64,000 nucleotides of DNA from an uncultured Thermoleophilia bacterium (GTDB taxonomy: Bacteria; Actinomycetota; Thermoleophilia; UBA2241): assembly GCA_963735345.1 (NCBI GenBank), contig CAVTKL010000009.1, forward strand, positions 6,916 to 70,915. The letters run 5' to 3'. Positions 28,038 through 37,615 of the stretch are shown here, piece by piece (positions within the stretch are counted from its first letter, which is position 1; each line of letters opens with the position of its first letter). The position numbers were made by a program, and so were the translations under genes. The notes beneath the pieces were generated by a model that was not told where the DNA came from, did not search any database, and saw only the letters and a list, made by a program, of their open reading frames with translations.

Positions 28038-29204
28038 ATGCCGACGCTGAGAGGATTCGCCGTGGGCGCTGTAGGCGGGGTATTGGGCGCAGCCTTCGTC
28101 CTGACCGTCCTGGTTCTGGTCTTCGACCTCGGTCAGAACACGAAGACCGTCGTGACCATCGCGCCATCCCCAGTGGCATACGCCTCCGGCGCCCAGGGCC
28201 TGTCGCCCGACCAGATCTACAAGAGCTTGTCGGGCGGCGTCGTCATGGTCCTTTCGAGCTTCGGCGATGAGGGAGTCGGCCCCTTCGGCGATGCACAGAC
28301 CGGACAAGCTCTGGGCACGGGGTTCGTGGTCGACGAGGACGGCTACATCCTCACGAACGCCCACGTCGTCAACGATCAGGGCCAGTCGGCGAGCTCGGTC
28401 ACGGTCGTGTTCCGCGAGAACGACGCCGAGACCACACGCGTCAAGGGAGAGCTCGTGGGTGTCGACGTGAGCAGTGACGTGGCCGTCATCAAGGTCGACC
28501 CAAAGGGCCTCGCCCTACGACCGCTGCCCCTGGGCGACTCCGGCAAGGTGATCGTCGGGGAGCCTGTCGTCGCCATCGGCAACCCCCTCGGGTACGACTT
28601 CTCGATCACCTCCGGGATCGTCTCGGCCACGGGCCGTAGCCTGCACGCCCCGAACGGCATGACGATCGCCAACGGGATCCAGACCGACGCGGCGATCAAC
28701 CTGGGCAACTCGGGGGGTCCGCTCATCGATGGCCGAGGGCGGGTGATCGGCATCAATGAACAGATCGCGTCGCAGTCAGGCGGAAGTCAGGGTCTCGGCT
28801 TCGCCGTCCCCATCAACACCGCCGTGCGCTCTCTGAACCAGCTCCGCGAGAACGGCAAGGTCGAGTACGCGTGGCTCGGCGTCACGGGGCAGACGCTGTC
28901 GAGCGACGTCGCCGCCATGTTCGGGATCGACACTTCAGGAGGCGTCCTTGTCGAGGAGGTTTCGCCGGGGAGTCCGGCGGCGGCGGCGGGCATCAGGGGC
29001 GGCGGCCACATCGTCTCGATCCAGGACCAGACCTTCACGCTCGGCGGCGACATCATCGTCAAGATCGATGCGACCCCGATCGCGAGCTTCGACGACCTCG
29101 TCGCCTACCTCTCCGGCAAACGGCCAGGCGACGAGGTCACGTTGATCCTCGATCGCGACGGCGAGCATCTCGAACTCACGGCCACACTCGCCGAGCGCCC
29201 GTGA
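28038..29204 (+). CDS. htrA: HtrA/DegP-family trypsin-like serine protease with PDZ domain
   Basis: Catalytic triad motifs TNAHVV ... D ... GNSGGPL, and a C-terminal PDZ domain. Confidence 0.9.
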   Translation: MPTLRGFAVGAVGGVLGAAFVLTVLVLVFDLGQNTKTVVTIAPSPVAYASGAQGLSPDQIYKSLSGGVVMVLSSFGDEGVGPFGDAQTGQALGTGFVVDEDGYILTNAHVVNDQGQSASSVTVVFRENDAETTRVKGELVGVDVSSDVAVIKVDPKGLALRPLPLGDSGKVIVGEPVVAIGNPLGYDFSITSGIVSATGRSLHAPNGMTIANGIQTDAAINLGNSGGPLIDGRGRVIGINEQIASQSGGSQGLGFAVPINTAVRSLNQLRENGKVEYAWLGVTGQTLSSDVAAMFGIDTSGGVLVEEVSPGSPAAAAGIRGGGHIVSIQDQTFTLGGDIIVKIDATPIASFDDLVAYLSGKRPGDEVTLILDRDGEHLELTATLAERP

Positions 29205-29248
29205 AGACGACTGGCCTCGCCGCCTGCGACGCCCTCTCCAGACTCGTC

Positions 29249-30322
29249 ATGGATGCGCCGGTACGTGCCTTGGCGGTCATCGGTCTCGTCAAGAACGCCG
29301 GCAAGACGACAGTGGTCAACGCACTCTTGGAGACCTGCGCCTGCGGGTTCGGCCTCACCTCTCTCGGCCTCGACGGTGAGCCTGTCGACCACGTCACGGG
29401 ACTCGCGAAGCCGCGCATTGCTCCACCGAGCGGGACGCTGGTGGCGACGACGCGCGGCTCCCTCGAGCGCTCCGGCTACACGATGGACATCGTGGAGGAG
29501 TTGCCCTTCCGCACCCCCCTTGGCCCCGTGGTCATAGGCAGGGCACATGGCCAAGGGCGGGTCGAGGTCAGCGGGCCGACCACGCTTGCCGAGGTGCGCG
29601 CCACCGTCGACCGATTGCACGCGCATGGCGCCGAGCGTGTCCTCGTGGACGGCGCCATCAATCGGCTCGGCAGCGCATCCCCCAGAGTCAGCGACGGGCT
29701 TCTCCTGGCCACCGGTGGCATGGTGGGCGATACGCTCGAGGACGTCGTCGAGAACACCGTCGCAGCACTCGATCATCTGTCGCTGCCGGAGGTATCGCCA
29801 CAGACGCGGGGAATGCTGGCTCCCTGCCTGGAAGATGACGCCCGCCTGGTGTCGTTCGACGCACAGGGACGGGCGACGCCCTTGACGCCTGCCACCGCCG
29901 TGGGTACCGGCGCGGCGGTCGCACGCGAGGCCGTGAGGCTCGCCGCGGTGACGCTCTTCGTGGGAGGCGCACTGACCGAGGGATTCCTCGAAGAGCTCCT
30001 CCGCGTGTCGCCCCCTCAGTCGCGCCTGCGGATCGTGGTGCGAGACGCCACGGTCCTCGTGGCCCCCGCGCGCAGCGTGCAGCGCTGTCAGCGCGGCGGT
30101 CTCCGCCTCGAGGTCCTCACACCACTGCGCCTGCTGGCTGTGACGACCAACCCGTTCCGCTCGCCCCATTCATATCCCAGTACGACCTTCTTCAAGGCGA
30201 TCGTCGACGCGCTCGGCGATCGCGTTCCCGTCTTCGATGTTGTGAGCGACCTCTCCTCATTGCAGGGCGACCCACGCCCGTCCCAAGGCAGCGGCACTCA
30301 CGAAAAGGGGTTGATGCAGTGA
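29249..30322 (+). CDS. uncharacterised P-loop protein preceding kamDE (possible aminomutase accessory/reactivase; function unknown)
   Basis: ATG 29249 (MDAPVRALAVIGLVKNAGKTTVVNALL carries a Walker A-like GKT motif). An alternative GTG at 29201 would overlap the htrA stop. Its 3' end overlaps the kamD start. Confidence 0.5.
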   Translation: MDAPVRALAVIGLVKNAGKTTVVNALLETCACGFGLTSLGLDGEPVDHVTGLAKPRIAPPSGTLVATTRGSLERSGYTMDIVEELPFRTPLGPVVIGRAHGQGRVEVSGPTTLAEVRATVDRLHAHGAERVLVDGAINRLGSASPRVSDGLLLATGGMVGDTLEDVVENTVAALDHLSLPEVSPQTRGMLAPCLEDDARLVSFDAQGRATPLTPATAVGTGAAVAREAVRLAAVTLFVGGALTEGFLEELLRVSPPQSRLRIVVRDATVLVAPARSVQRCQRGGLRLEVLTPLRLLAVTTNPFRSPHSYPSTTFFKAIVDALGDRVPVFDVVSDLSSLQGDPRPSQGSGTHEKGLMQ

Positions 30323-31932
30323 ACGACGCACTCTGTTTGAACGCGAATCTGACGGTCCGCGCTCGCGCGGCCGCGAGCGCCATCGCCGACGACATCCAGC
30401 GGCACATCGCGAAGCACACCACCGACGCCACCGAGCGCGCCACCCTGCGACTTCTCGGTGTCGCGGGCGTGAACGCGGTCGATGTGCCTCTGGTCAATAT
30501 CGTCGTCGAGCACGCACGGGAGCTGCTGCCCGCCGGCATCGTGCGGCCCTTCGTCGACCTCATGAACCAGACCGGGAGAAGCGCCCAGTCGGTCGCGGAG
30601 GGCGTAGCCGCCGGCGAGATAGCCGTCGCCGAGCCGCCGGCCAGGCGCCGTGCGGCGGCCGAGACCCGTGGCGAGGAACTCGCCGCCGAGGGCGTGGCGC
30701 GTATCGATGCGGTGCGGCGCCGGCGCAACGAACTGGTGGCCGAGATCGGCGAGCCTCTGAAGCCATATGTCTACGTCATCGTCGCGACCGGCGACATCGT
30801 CGAGGACGCAGCCCAAGCCAAGGCGGCCGCCCGCGCCGGGGCGGATGTCATCGCCGTCATCCGCACCACGGCGCAGAGCCTGCTGGACTATGTGCCGTAC
30901 GGCGAGACTCGAGAGGGTTTCGGCGGCACCTACGCCACCCAGGAGAACTTCCGTCTCATGCGCACGGCTCTCGACGAGGTCGGCGAGGAGGTGGGGCGCT
31001 ACATCCGCCTGTGCAACTATGCGAGTGGCCTCTGCATGCCCGAGATCGCCGTCATGGGCGCCCTGGAGCGACTCGACATGATGCTGAACGACTCCATGTA
31101 CGGCATCATCTTCCGCAACATCAACATGCAGCGGACCTTTGTCGACCAGTACCTCAGCAGGCTGATCAACGCACGCGCCGGCATCGTCATCAACACCGGC
31201 GAGGACAACTATCTAACGACCGCGGACGCCTTCGAGAAGGGCCACACGGTCGTCAGTTCGGACTTCATCAACGAGGCCTTCGCGCTGCGCGCCAACCTGG
31301 AGCCCTGGCAGATCGGGCTCGGGCACGCCTTCGAGATCGATCCGTCCAGACCCGATCAGGTCGTGTATCAGATCGCCGACGCACAGCTCGTCCGGCAACT
31401 CTTTCCGGGCTACCCGCTCAAGTACATGCCGCCCACCAAGTACATGCCGGGCGACATCTTCCAGGGTCACGTCATCGACGCCATGTTCAACTTCACCGGC
31501 ATCTTCACCAGGCAGGAGATCATGCTCCTCGGCATGCCGACCGAGGCGTTGCACACGCCGTTGCTGCAGGATCGCTACCTCAGCATCAGGAACGCCAAGT
31601 ACGTCTTTGAGGCGTGCCGCAGCCTCGCCGGCGAGATCTCCTTCAAGCCTGGGGGGATCATCGAACAGCGCGCCAACGACCTGCTCCAGAAGGCCACGGA
31701 GCAACTCGAGCACGTCCGCGAGATCGGCCTGTTCCAGGCGCTTGAGAGCGGCGAGTTCGCCGACGTCAGACGCGAGCCTTGTGGCGGACGCGGCTTCGAC
31801 GGTGTCTTCACGGTGAGCGACGACTACTTCAATCCGTTCTTCTCCGCCTTGCGCGATGGCCGCATGAGCGGAGCGCCCGCCGCGCCGGAGCTCCAGGGCG
31901 GACTCCACGCCGAGGCGGGGGGTACAGCATGA
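30319..31932 (+). CDS. kamD: lysine 5,6-aminomutase alpha subunit (D-lysine / L-beta-lysine)
   Basis: 537 aa. Recalled as matching the PLP-binding TIM-barrel alpha subunit of KamD/OraE-family B12 aminomutases. Immediately followed by the B12-binding beta subunit. Confidence 0.8.
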   Translation: MNDALCLNANLTVRARAAASAIADDIQRHIAKHTTDATERATLRLLGVAGVNAVDVPLVNIVVEHARELLPAGIVRPFVDLMNQTGRSAQSVAEGVAAGEIAVAEPPARRRAAAETRGEELAAEGVARIDAVRRRRNELVAEIGEPLKPYVYVIVATGDIVEDAAQAKAAARAGADVIAVIRTTAQSLLDYVPYGETREGFGGTYATQENFRLMRTALDEVGEEVGRYIRLCNYASGLCMPEIAVMGALERLDMMLNDSMYGIIFRNINMQRTFVDQYLSRLINARAGIVINTGEDNYLTTADAFEKGHTVVSSDFINEAFALRANLEPWQIGLGHAFEIDPSRPDQVVYQIADAQLVRQLFPGYPLKYMPPTKYMPGDIFQGHVIDAMFNFTGIFTRQEIMLLGMPTEALHTPLLQDRYLSIRNAKYVFEACRSLAGEISFKPGGIIEQRANDLLQKATEQLEHVREIGLFQALESGEFADVRREPCGGRGFDGVFTVSDDYFNPFFSALRDGRMSGAPAAPELQGGLHAEAGGTA

Positions 31933-32681
31933 ACGTCCGGCCCTACGGCGATACCCGGGACGACGGCATGATGCAGTTCTCGTTCACGCTTCCTATCCCC
32001 TATTCCGTCAAGGCGCCCGACGTCGGCAAGCGCTTCCTCGAGGACATGGGCTTCCACACCGTCTCAGTGGCGGAGTGCACCTCGATCGACCCCAGGTACA
32101 CCTTCTACGTAGCGTACGGCCGTACGAACGCCACCATCGACCCCGATGAGGTGGAGGGCGACTACCTCGAGATGGAGGCGATGGACTACTACGCAGTCAA
32201 CCGCCTCATCGAGGAGAGACTCGGACGCAAGTTGGTGGTCGTGGGCGCGGCTATCGAGAGCGACGCCCATACCGTCGGCATCGACGCCATCATGAACATG
32301 AAGGGCTTCGCAGGGCACTACGGGCTCGAACGCTACCCGCAACTCGACGCCTCGAACCTTGGTTCGCAAGTGCCGAGCGAACAGCTTCTGAAGTACGCCC
32401 TGAGCGTAGGCGCGGACGCCATCCTCGTCTCGCAGATCGTCACGCAGAAGAGCATCCACGCGCAAAACTTGACGAAGCTGATCGAATTACTTGAAGCTGA
32501 GCGCGTACGCGAGCGCTTCGTACTGGTCGTCGGAGGGCCCCGTATCAGCAACGCCTTCGCCAAGGAGCTCGGGTACGACGCCGGATTCGGCCCCCGCACG
32601 ACCCCGCTGGAGGTGGCAGCGTTCCTTGCCCAGGAGGTCGTGAGGCGGCACGCAGCGACGGAGGGAGGCAAGCATGCCTGA
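31929..32681 (+). CDS. kamE: lysine 5,6-aminomutase beta subunit (B12-binding)
   Basis: Start at the internal Met (MNVRPYGD), forming an ATGA overlap with kamD. DxHxxG cobalamin motif (ESDAHTVGIDAI). Confidence 0.8.
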   Translation: MNVRPYGDTRDDGMMQFSFTLPIPYSVKAPDVGKRFLEDMGFHTVSVAECTSIDPRYTFYVAYGRTNATIDPDEVEGDYLEMEAMDYYAVNRLIEERLGRKLVVVGAAIESDAHTVGIDAIMNMKGFAGHYGLERYPQLDASNLGSQVPSEQLLKYALSVGADAILVSQIVTQKSIHAQNLTKLIELLEAERVRERFVLVVGGPRISNAFAKELGYDAGFGPRTTPLEVAAFLAQEVVRRHAATEGGKHA

Positions 32682-33870
32682 CACCGACATCGTGATCCTT
32701 GCGGCAGTGCGCACCGCACACGGCCGCTTCCAGGGCGGCTTCTCCGGCACATCAGCCGTGGATCTCGCGGCCGTCGTGATGAAGGAGGTGCTGCTCCGGG
32801 CAGGGGTGGACGGAGAGCAGCTTTCTGAGGTCGTCTTCGGAAACGTCATCCAGGCTGGCCAGGGCCAGAACCCGGCACGGCAAGCCGCGCTCAAGGCTGG
32901 CATCCCCGCGCAGATCCCGGCGATGACGGTCAATCGGGTCTGCGTGTCGAGCAGCTCCGCTTTGGCGATCGCCGCCAACGCGATCGCTGCCGGCGCGGGG
33001 GACTTGTTCCTCGTCGGGGGCACCGAGAACATGACGCGTGCTCCCTGGCTGATGCAGGACGGCCGCAGCGGGTACCGCATGGGACTGCCCACAGAGCCGA
33101 TCTACGATGCCATGGTGTGGGACGGACTCTGGTGTGCCGTGGGGGATTACCACATGGGCGTGACTGCGGAGAACCTGTGCTCGCAGTTCGACATCACGCG
33201 CGAAGAACAGGACGATGCCGCGTACGAGAGTCACGTCAGAGCCATCGCCGCCATCGACAGCGGCCGCTTCGCCGACGAGATCACCCCGGTCGTCGTCCCC
33301 CAGCGCAAGGGAGAGCCCCTTGTCTTGGCTACTGATGAGTGCCCGCGCCGCGATGCGAGTCTCGAGTCCTTGGCGAGACTCAAGCCCTTCTTCCTGGAAG
33401 GCGGCGTGGTGACGCCGGGCAACTCGTCGGCGATCGCCGACGGCGCGAGCGCCTTGGTCGTGGCCTCGCGCCGCAGAGCGGCGGAGCTCGGCCTCCGCCC
33501 CATCGCCGAGCTGCTGAGTCACACGACAGTCGCCGTCGCCCCCGAGATCATGGGAGTAGGTGCGGCGAGCGCGGCGCAGGGCGCCCTCGAGAAGGCCGGG
33601 CTGAGGCCCGGCGATGTGGATCTCGCCGAGTTCAACGAGGCCTTTGCTTGCGTCTCGCTCCTGGCCACGAGAGAGACCACGATCGACCCCGCCATCGTCA
33701 ACGTCAACGGCGGGGCGATCGCGCTCGGACATCCGCTGGGCAGTACCGGGACCCGGATGCTCGTCTCGCTCATCCATGAGCTGCGCCGCCGCGGCGGAGG
33801 GACAGGGCTCACCGGAGCGTGCGTGGGCGGCGGCCAGGGCGCCGGGTCAGTCATCAGAACGATCGACTAG
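32674..33870 (+). CDS. acetyl-CoA C-acetyltransferase (thiolase II)
   Basis: 398 aa. Thiolase signatures NRVCVSS ... NVNGGAIALGHPLGSTG ... GGGQG. Confidence 0.9.
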   Translation: MPDTDIVILAAVRTAHGRFQGGFSGTSAVDLAAVVMKEVLLRAGVDGEQLSEVVFGNVIQAGQGQNPARQAALKAGIPAQIPAMTVNRVCVSSSSALAIAANAIAAGAGDLFLVGGTENMTRAPWLMQDGRSGYRMGLPTEPIYDAMVWDGLWCAVGDYHMGVTAENLCSQFDITREEQDDAAYESHVRAIAAIDSGRFADEITPVVVPQRKGEPLVLATDECPRRDASLESLARLKPFFLEGGVVTPGNSSAIADGASALVVASRRRAAELGLRPIAELLSHTTVAVAPEIMGVGAASAAQGALEKAGLRPGDVDLAEFNEAFACVSLLATRETTIDPAIVNVNGGAIALGHPLGSTGTRMLVSLIHELRRRGGGTGLTGACVGGGQGAGSVIRTID

Positions 33871-33879
33871 GGAGGCACA

Positions 33880-34962
33880 ATGATGGAAGGCAACAAATTC
33901 GGGGCGCACAGGGTCCTTGAGCCAAAGGGCGTGCTGCCGCAGCCGGCGCTGCGCGTCGACAACACTATGGTCATCTACGACAACGAGATCCTCATCGACG
34001 TCGATACGCTCAACGTGGACGCGGCAAGCTTCACGCAGATCGAGGCGGCTGAAGGCGGCGACGTGCGCAAGATGGCACGCCGCAGCTTGGGCATCATCGC
34101 CGAGCGCGGCAAGCATCACAATCCGGACACGGGCTCGGGAGGCATGCTTCTCGGCACCGTGAGGGAGATCGGGCCAAGACTCAAGGACCGCGATCTGAAG
34201 ATCGGTGACCGCATCGCCACGCTCGTCTCGCTGTCGCTCACGCCCCTCAAGGTCGACGAGGTGCTCGCGATCAACAAGGACACCTGCCAGATCAAGGTCA
34301 AAGGGCAGGCGATCCTCTTCGAGAGCGGGATCTACGCGAAGATGCCCGACGATCTCGACGAGGCCCTGGCGCTCGCCATACTCGATGTCGCGGGAGCGCC
34401 CGCGCAGGCGGCTAAACTGTGCCGGCCTGGAGACACGGTCTTCATCATCGGGGCGGGCGGCAAGAGCGGCCTACTCTGCGCCTACGAGGCCCGCAATCGC
34501 GTAGGCGTCACCGGCAGGGTCATCGGCCTCGTCCACGGGGATGCAGGAAAGGCGCGCCTCGAGAGAACGGGATTCTGCGACGACATCATCCAGGGGAGCG
34601 CGACAGACCAGCTCTTCGTGTACGAGGCTGTCAGTGCCCTCACCGCGGGCGAGATGGCCGATCTGACGATCAACTGCGTCGACGTCCCCAATACTGAGAT
34701 GGCCTCCGTCCTGGCGACCAAGGACTCCGGCACGGTCTACTTCTTCAGCATGGCGACCAGCTTCACGGCGGCGGCGCTGGGCGCAGAGGGCATCGGCGCT
34801 GACACGACGATGCTCATCGGTAACGGCTACACGAAGCATCATGCCGAGATCTCTCTGGCCGACGTGCGACAGAGCCCCATCCTTATGGAGATCTTCCAGG
34901 AGACCTACGCGACTGGAGCCGGGCTTTCTGAACCGGTAGGCCTGAAGGCTGACGAGGTCTAG
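33880..34962 (+). CDS. kdd: L-erythro-3,5-diaminohexanoate dehydrogenase
   Basis: 360 aa. Rossmann motif IIGAGGKSG. Overall similarity to Kdd of the lysine fermentation pathway, and adjacency to kamDE. Confidence 0.75.
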   Translation: MMEGNKFGAHRVLEPKGVLPQPALRVDNTMVIYDNEILIDVDTLNVDAASFTQIEAAEGGDVRKMARRSLGIIAERGKHHNPDTGSGGMLLGTVREIGPRLKDRDLKIGDRIATLVSLSLTPLKVDEVLAINKDTCQIKVKGQAILFESGIYAKMPDDLDEALALAILDVAGAPAQAAKLCRPGDTVFIIGAGGKSGLLCAYEARNRVGVTGRVIGLVHGDAGKARLERTGFCDDIIQGSATDQLFVYEAVSALTAGEMADLTINCVDVPNTEMASVLATKDSGTVYFFSMATSFTAAALGAEGIGADTTMLIGNGYTKHHAEISLADVRQSPILMEIFQETYATGAGLSEPVGLKADEV

Positions 34963-34971
34963 CCACCGGCC

Positions 34972-34993
34972 CGGTGTTTCACGTGAAACACCG
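34972..34993. repeat. 22-bp perfect palindrome CGGTGTTTCACGTGAAACACCG (copy 1 of a duplicated motif)
   Basis: The sequence is identical to its own reverse complement. It shares a 20-mer TGTTTCACGTGAAACACCGC with the second copy at 35247-35266. Confidence 0.85.
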
Positions 34994-34994
34994 C

Positions 34995-35038
34995 CGACAG
35001 ACCGGGCGCGCAGAGGACTCTGCGCGCCCGGTCTGTCG
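34995..35038. terminator. GC-rich perfect hairpin (21-bp arms) just after the kdd stop; candidate intrinsic or bidirectional terminator
   Basis: CGACAGACCGGGCGCGCAGAG-GA-CTCTGCGCGCCCGGTCTGTCG. No U-tract follows, as is common in high-GC genomes. Confidence 0.55.
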
Positions 35039-35246
35039 AACCTGCGGCCCCCCCGACCACGCATCAGCGGGAGGCTCGGTGAGCCGCGAGCAGTTCCCGT
35101 ACCGACCATGCGGGGGATCGGCCGGTCGAACCCTCCTCGCGCGCAGCGCTGCTCAAGGGCAACGTATCGAGGGTGCCCGGAGCATCCCATTGCGCACGAC
35201 ACCAAGGGATGCGATTCGCGACACCTCCACATCTCGGGACACGCTC

Positions 35247-35266
35247 TGTTTCACGTGAAACACCGC
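35247..35266. repeat. second copy of the TGTTTCACGTGAAACACCGC motif (16-bp palindromic core)
   Basis: Exact 20-nt repeat of the motif at 34975-34994, about 270 bp away, in an ORF-free convergent intergenic region. Confidence 0.85.
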
Positions 35267-35442
35267 GACGCGACGGCAGTTCAGGTCCTGACTGGCGGCA
35301 TGAGCCCTGGGAGTGGCGCAAGCACGTGGCAGCATCCCTCGCACCGCTCTGCTAGTGCCATAGTAGACATCCGCGCATGCCGTGCGCCCTGCCAGGGACC
35401 ACGCTATCCCCAGGCGTCCCGGCACGCGCCCGGCGTTACCGC

Positions 35443-36606
35443 TCAGGTCCCTCTGGCTGGGCGCTGCAGAGCAAGGCCAGCCACGACCTCCACCGCTGCC
35501 CGCGCCGCGAGTTGGCTCAGGTGGCCCTGGAGGTCGTAGCGCGGCGCGAGACAGCAGATGTCAAACCCTGCGATCCGCCCGCGACTCAGGATGCGCAGCG
35601 CGCGCAGGAGCTCGCGCGCGCTCAGCCCGGCAGGATCGGGGTACTTCTGCCCCCCGTGGGCGGGATCGACAACGTCGATGTCCAACGACACGTAGATCGC
35701 CTCGGTGCCGGCGCCGGCTGCCTCCAGCGCCTCCTGAGCCACCGCGGCGATGCCGAGTTCGTCCACGTCGGCCATGGTGAAGTAGCGGATCCCGAGCTCG
35801 TCGGCGACGTGTTTGTCGCTGAGCGACTCCCGGCCTCCGCGAATGCCGATCTGCACGAAGTTGTCGGGCTCGACGACCCCCAACTCGAAGGCGCGCGCCC
35901 ATTGTGAGCCCGCCCAGTACTTCGGCTCCCGGCTCAGATCGAAGTGCGAGTCCAAGACGACGATGCCCAGCTTGCCGGTCAGCGTCCCCGCAAGCACCTG
36001 GAGGACGGGAATGGGCACGGAGTGGTCGCCGCCGAACACGATGGGGAGGGCACCTGCGGCGAGGATGTCGGCGACCTTCTCGTGAGCACGCAGGAAGGTC
36101 TCCTCCACGTCCCCCGGCACGACGGCGACGTCGCCGTAGTCCATCAAGTGGAGGTAGTCCAGGAGCACGAGATCGCGGCCGGCCTCGGGAAGCAGTCCGC
36201 GGCCGTGACGCAGTGAGTAGAAGACCGAGTGGCGACGGATGGCATCGGGCCCTTCGTCGGCGCCGGAGCGGTAGTAGATGCTGCCCTCCGGCGCCGGCGC
36301 GGCCAAGGGCGGCGCGTACGTGACCGGATCCAGCAGCTTGACGCCTTCGTAAGGAATACCCAGGAAGACAACGTCCGCGCCGCTCAGGTCTCCGGCGCGC
36401 GTCGCCAGTGGCGCCTCCATGAACGTGGGCACATCCCCACGCAAGATAGGGGCCATCGAGCGCTCGGGACGCCCGGCTGAGGCCCTTTCCTCGGCCCGGT
36501 TCCAGGCGGCCTTCACGTCCTTGGCGTCCATGCTTCCTCCTTGGAGGTCAGGCCAGTCTGACTTGCCCGACGCCTTCGAATGCCGTATAAGTATTGTCCC
36601 TCGCAA
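35443..36606 (-). CDS. ureohydrolase (agmatinase/arginase/guanidino-acid hydrolase family)
   Basis: Mn-binding motifs GGDHS, DSHFD and SLDIDVVDPA. TTG start. Confidence 0.85.
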   Translation of the reverse strand: MRGTILIRHSKASGKSDWPDLQGGSMDAKDVKAAWNRAEERASAGRPERSMAPILRGDVPTFMEAPLATRAGDLSGADVVFLGIPYEGVKLLDPVTYAPPLAAPAPEGSIYYRSGADEGPDAIRRHSVFYSLRHGRGLLPEAGRDLVLLDYLHLMDYGDVAVVPGDVEETFLRAHEKVADILAAGALPIVFGGDHSVPIPVLQVLAGTLTGKLGIVVLDSHFDLSREPKYWAGSQWARAFELGVVEPDNFVQIGIRGGRESLSDKHVADELGIRYFTMADVDELGIAAVAQEALEAAGAGTEAIYVSLDIDVVDPAHGGQKYPDPAGLSARELLRALRILSRGRIAGFDICCLAPRYDLQGHLSQLAARAAVEVVAGLALQRPARGT

Positions 36607-36619
36607 GGGACCCGTTCGT

Positions 36620-36695
36620 GGGGCATTAGCTCAGCTGGGAGAGCGCCTGGATCGCACCCAGGAGGTCAGCGGTTCGATTCCGCTATGCTCCACCA
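36620..36695 (+). tRNA. tRNA-Ala (anticodon CGC)
   Basis: GGGGCATTAGCTCAGCTGGGAGAGCGCCTGGATCGCACCCAGGAGGTCAGCGGTTCGATTCCGCTATGCTCCACCA. G3:U70 Ala identity pair, cloverleaf with anticodon loop AUCGCAC, and an encoded CCA end. Confidence 0.9.
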
Positions 36696-37063
36696 CTTCC
36701 CTCATTCTCGGTCCCATCGTCGATGGTGACGTCGGTGAGCTGTACCATGGGCGCATCTGGATCGAGGATCACCGTCACCGACGAGCAGTTCGGGCAGCGC
36801 TCATGTCGCGCGTGCACTGTGAACTCCTCGCTGCATTCCATGCACCGCGCCACGATCGGCCGGTGGTCGAAATGCAGTCTGGCCCCCGCGAAGAAGGCGT
36901 CATCACCGGTCAGCATCTCGAAGTACATCTCGATGGAGTCCTGGGAGAAGTCCGCGGCAGGCGTCATAGCGAGAAAGAGGTCGGTGACGCGCGCGGCCCC
37001 ACTAGCCAGCGCCGCTTCGCGGGCGTGGTCGATGATCCCCTGCGTGATGCCCAACTCGTGCAT
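36686..37063 (-). CDS. hypA: hydrogenase/urease nickel-insertion metallochaperone HypA
   Basis: Start MHELGITQGIIDH (the conserved MHE N-terminus). CxxC...CxxC zinc ribbon (CMEC ... CPNC). The C-terminal tail overlaps tRNA-Ala on the opposite strand. Confidence 0.75.
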
Positions 37064-37182
37064 GGCGAGCCTCCGTGAGAGCCCATTGTACTTCCGCATG
37101 GCCGAAGGCCGGCAGGACGTCGCGCCCCGAAGGCATGCGGCGGTCCGGCGATCGGCAGCGGCCGGCGCGGCCACGCCGCGCC

Positions 37183-37557
37183 CTACTGCCGGCGGGACCG
37201 GCTCATGTCGGCGTACTGATGGATCGGGGTGCCCTCCGGAAGACGAAGGACCAGCAGCCCCTCCGCGTCGAGCACCTTGACGTCGTCCGCAAGGAGCGAC
37301 GCGAAGAGGCTTACGATGCCGACCGCGTCAGATCCGCCGCCGAGCTCGTCGACGCCGAGCGTGTGGTTGGCGATGAGTCGCCGCAGGGTGGCGTCGAATC
37401 GCTCCCACGTATAGCGGACGCGAATGCCGCGGATGAGCAAGTCCAGGCCGACCTCGTCAGAGGCGGCGATGCGGCCCTGGCCGCGCCAGAGCACCAGCGG
37501 AAAACTGCCGCCCGCCGAGTTCGTCGCGCTGGTCCTGAGCGCCTCGATCGCGATCAT
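37183..37557 (-). CDS. hypothetical protein (124 aa)
   Basis: Intact ORF between CDF and hypA in the same orientation. No recognisable motifs. Confidence 0.4.
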   Translation of the reverse strand: MIAIEALRTSATNSAGGSFPLVLWRGQGRIAASDEVGLDLLIRGIRVRYTWERFDATLRRLIANHTLGVDELGGGSDAVGIVSLFASLLADDVKVLDAEGLLVLRLPEGTPIHQYADMSRSRRQ

Positions 37558-37615
37558 CCTGCCTCCCGAAGACGAGGGTCGCCTAGTCTACCGGCAGGGA
37601 GGGTGCCGCGGCCAG

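Noticed and set aside
28871-29200. 5' 110 codons of the track ORF 28871-30322
   Set aside because: Lies inside htrA in another frame. The real gene most likely starts at 29249 (ATG) or 29201 (GTG).
34974-35425. Small ORFs across the kdd/ureohydrolase gap (34974-35258 +, 35153-35425 -, 35108-35539 +), and a possible SRP/6S RNA
   Set aside because: These ORFs are just translations through the palindromic repeats (MFHVKH... appears in both). I found no convincing SRP domain IV (GGAAGCAGCCA-type) or RNase P P4 motifs by eye. An sRNA remains possible but is unsupported.
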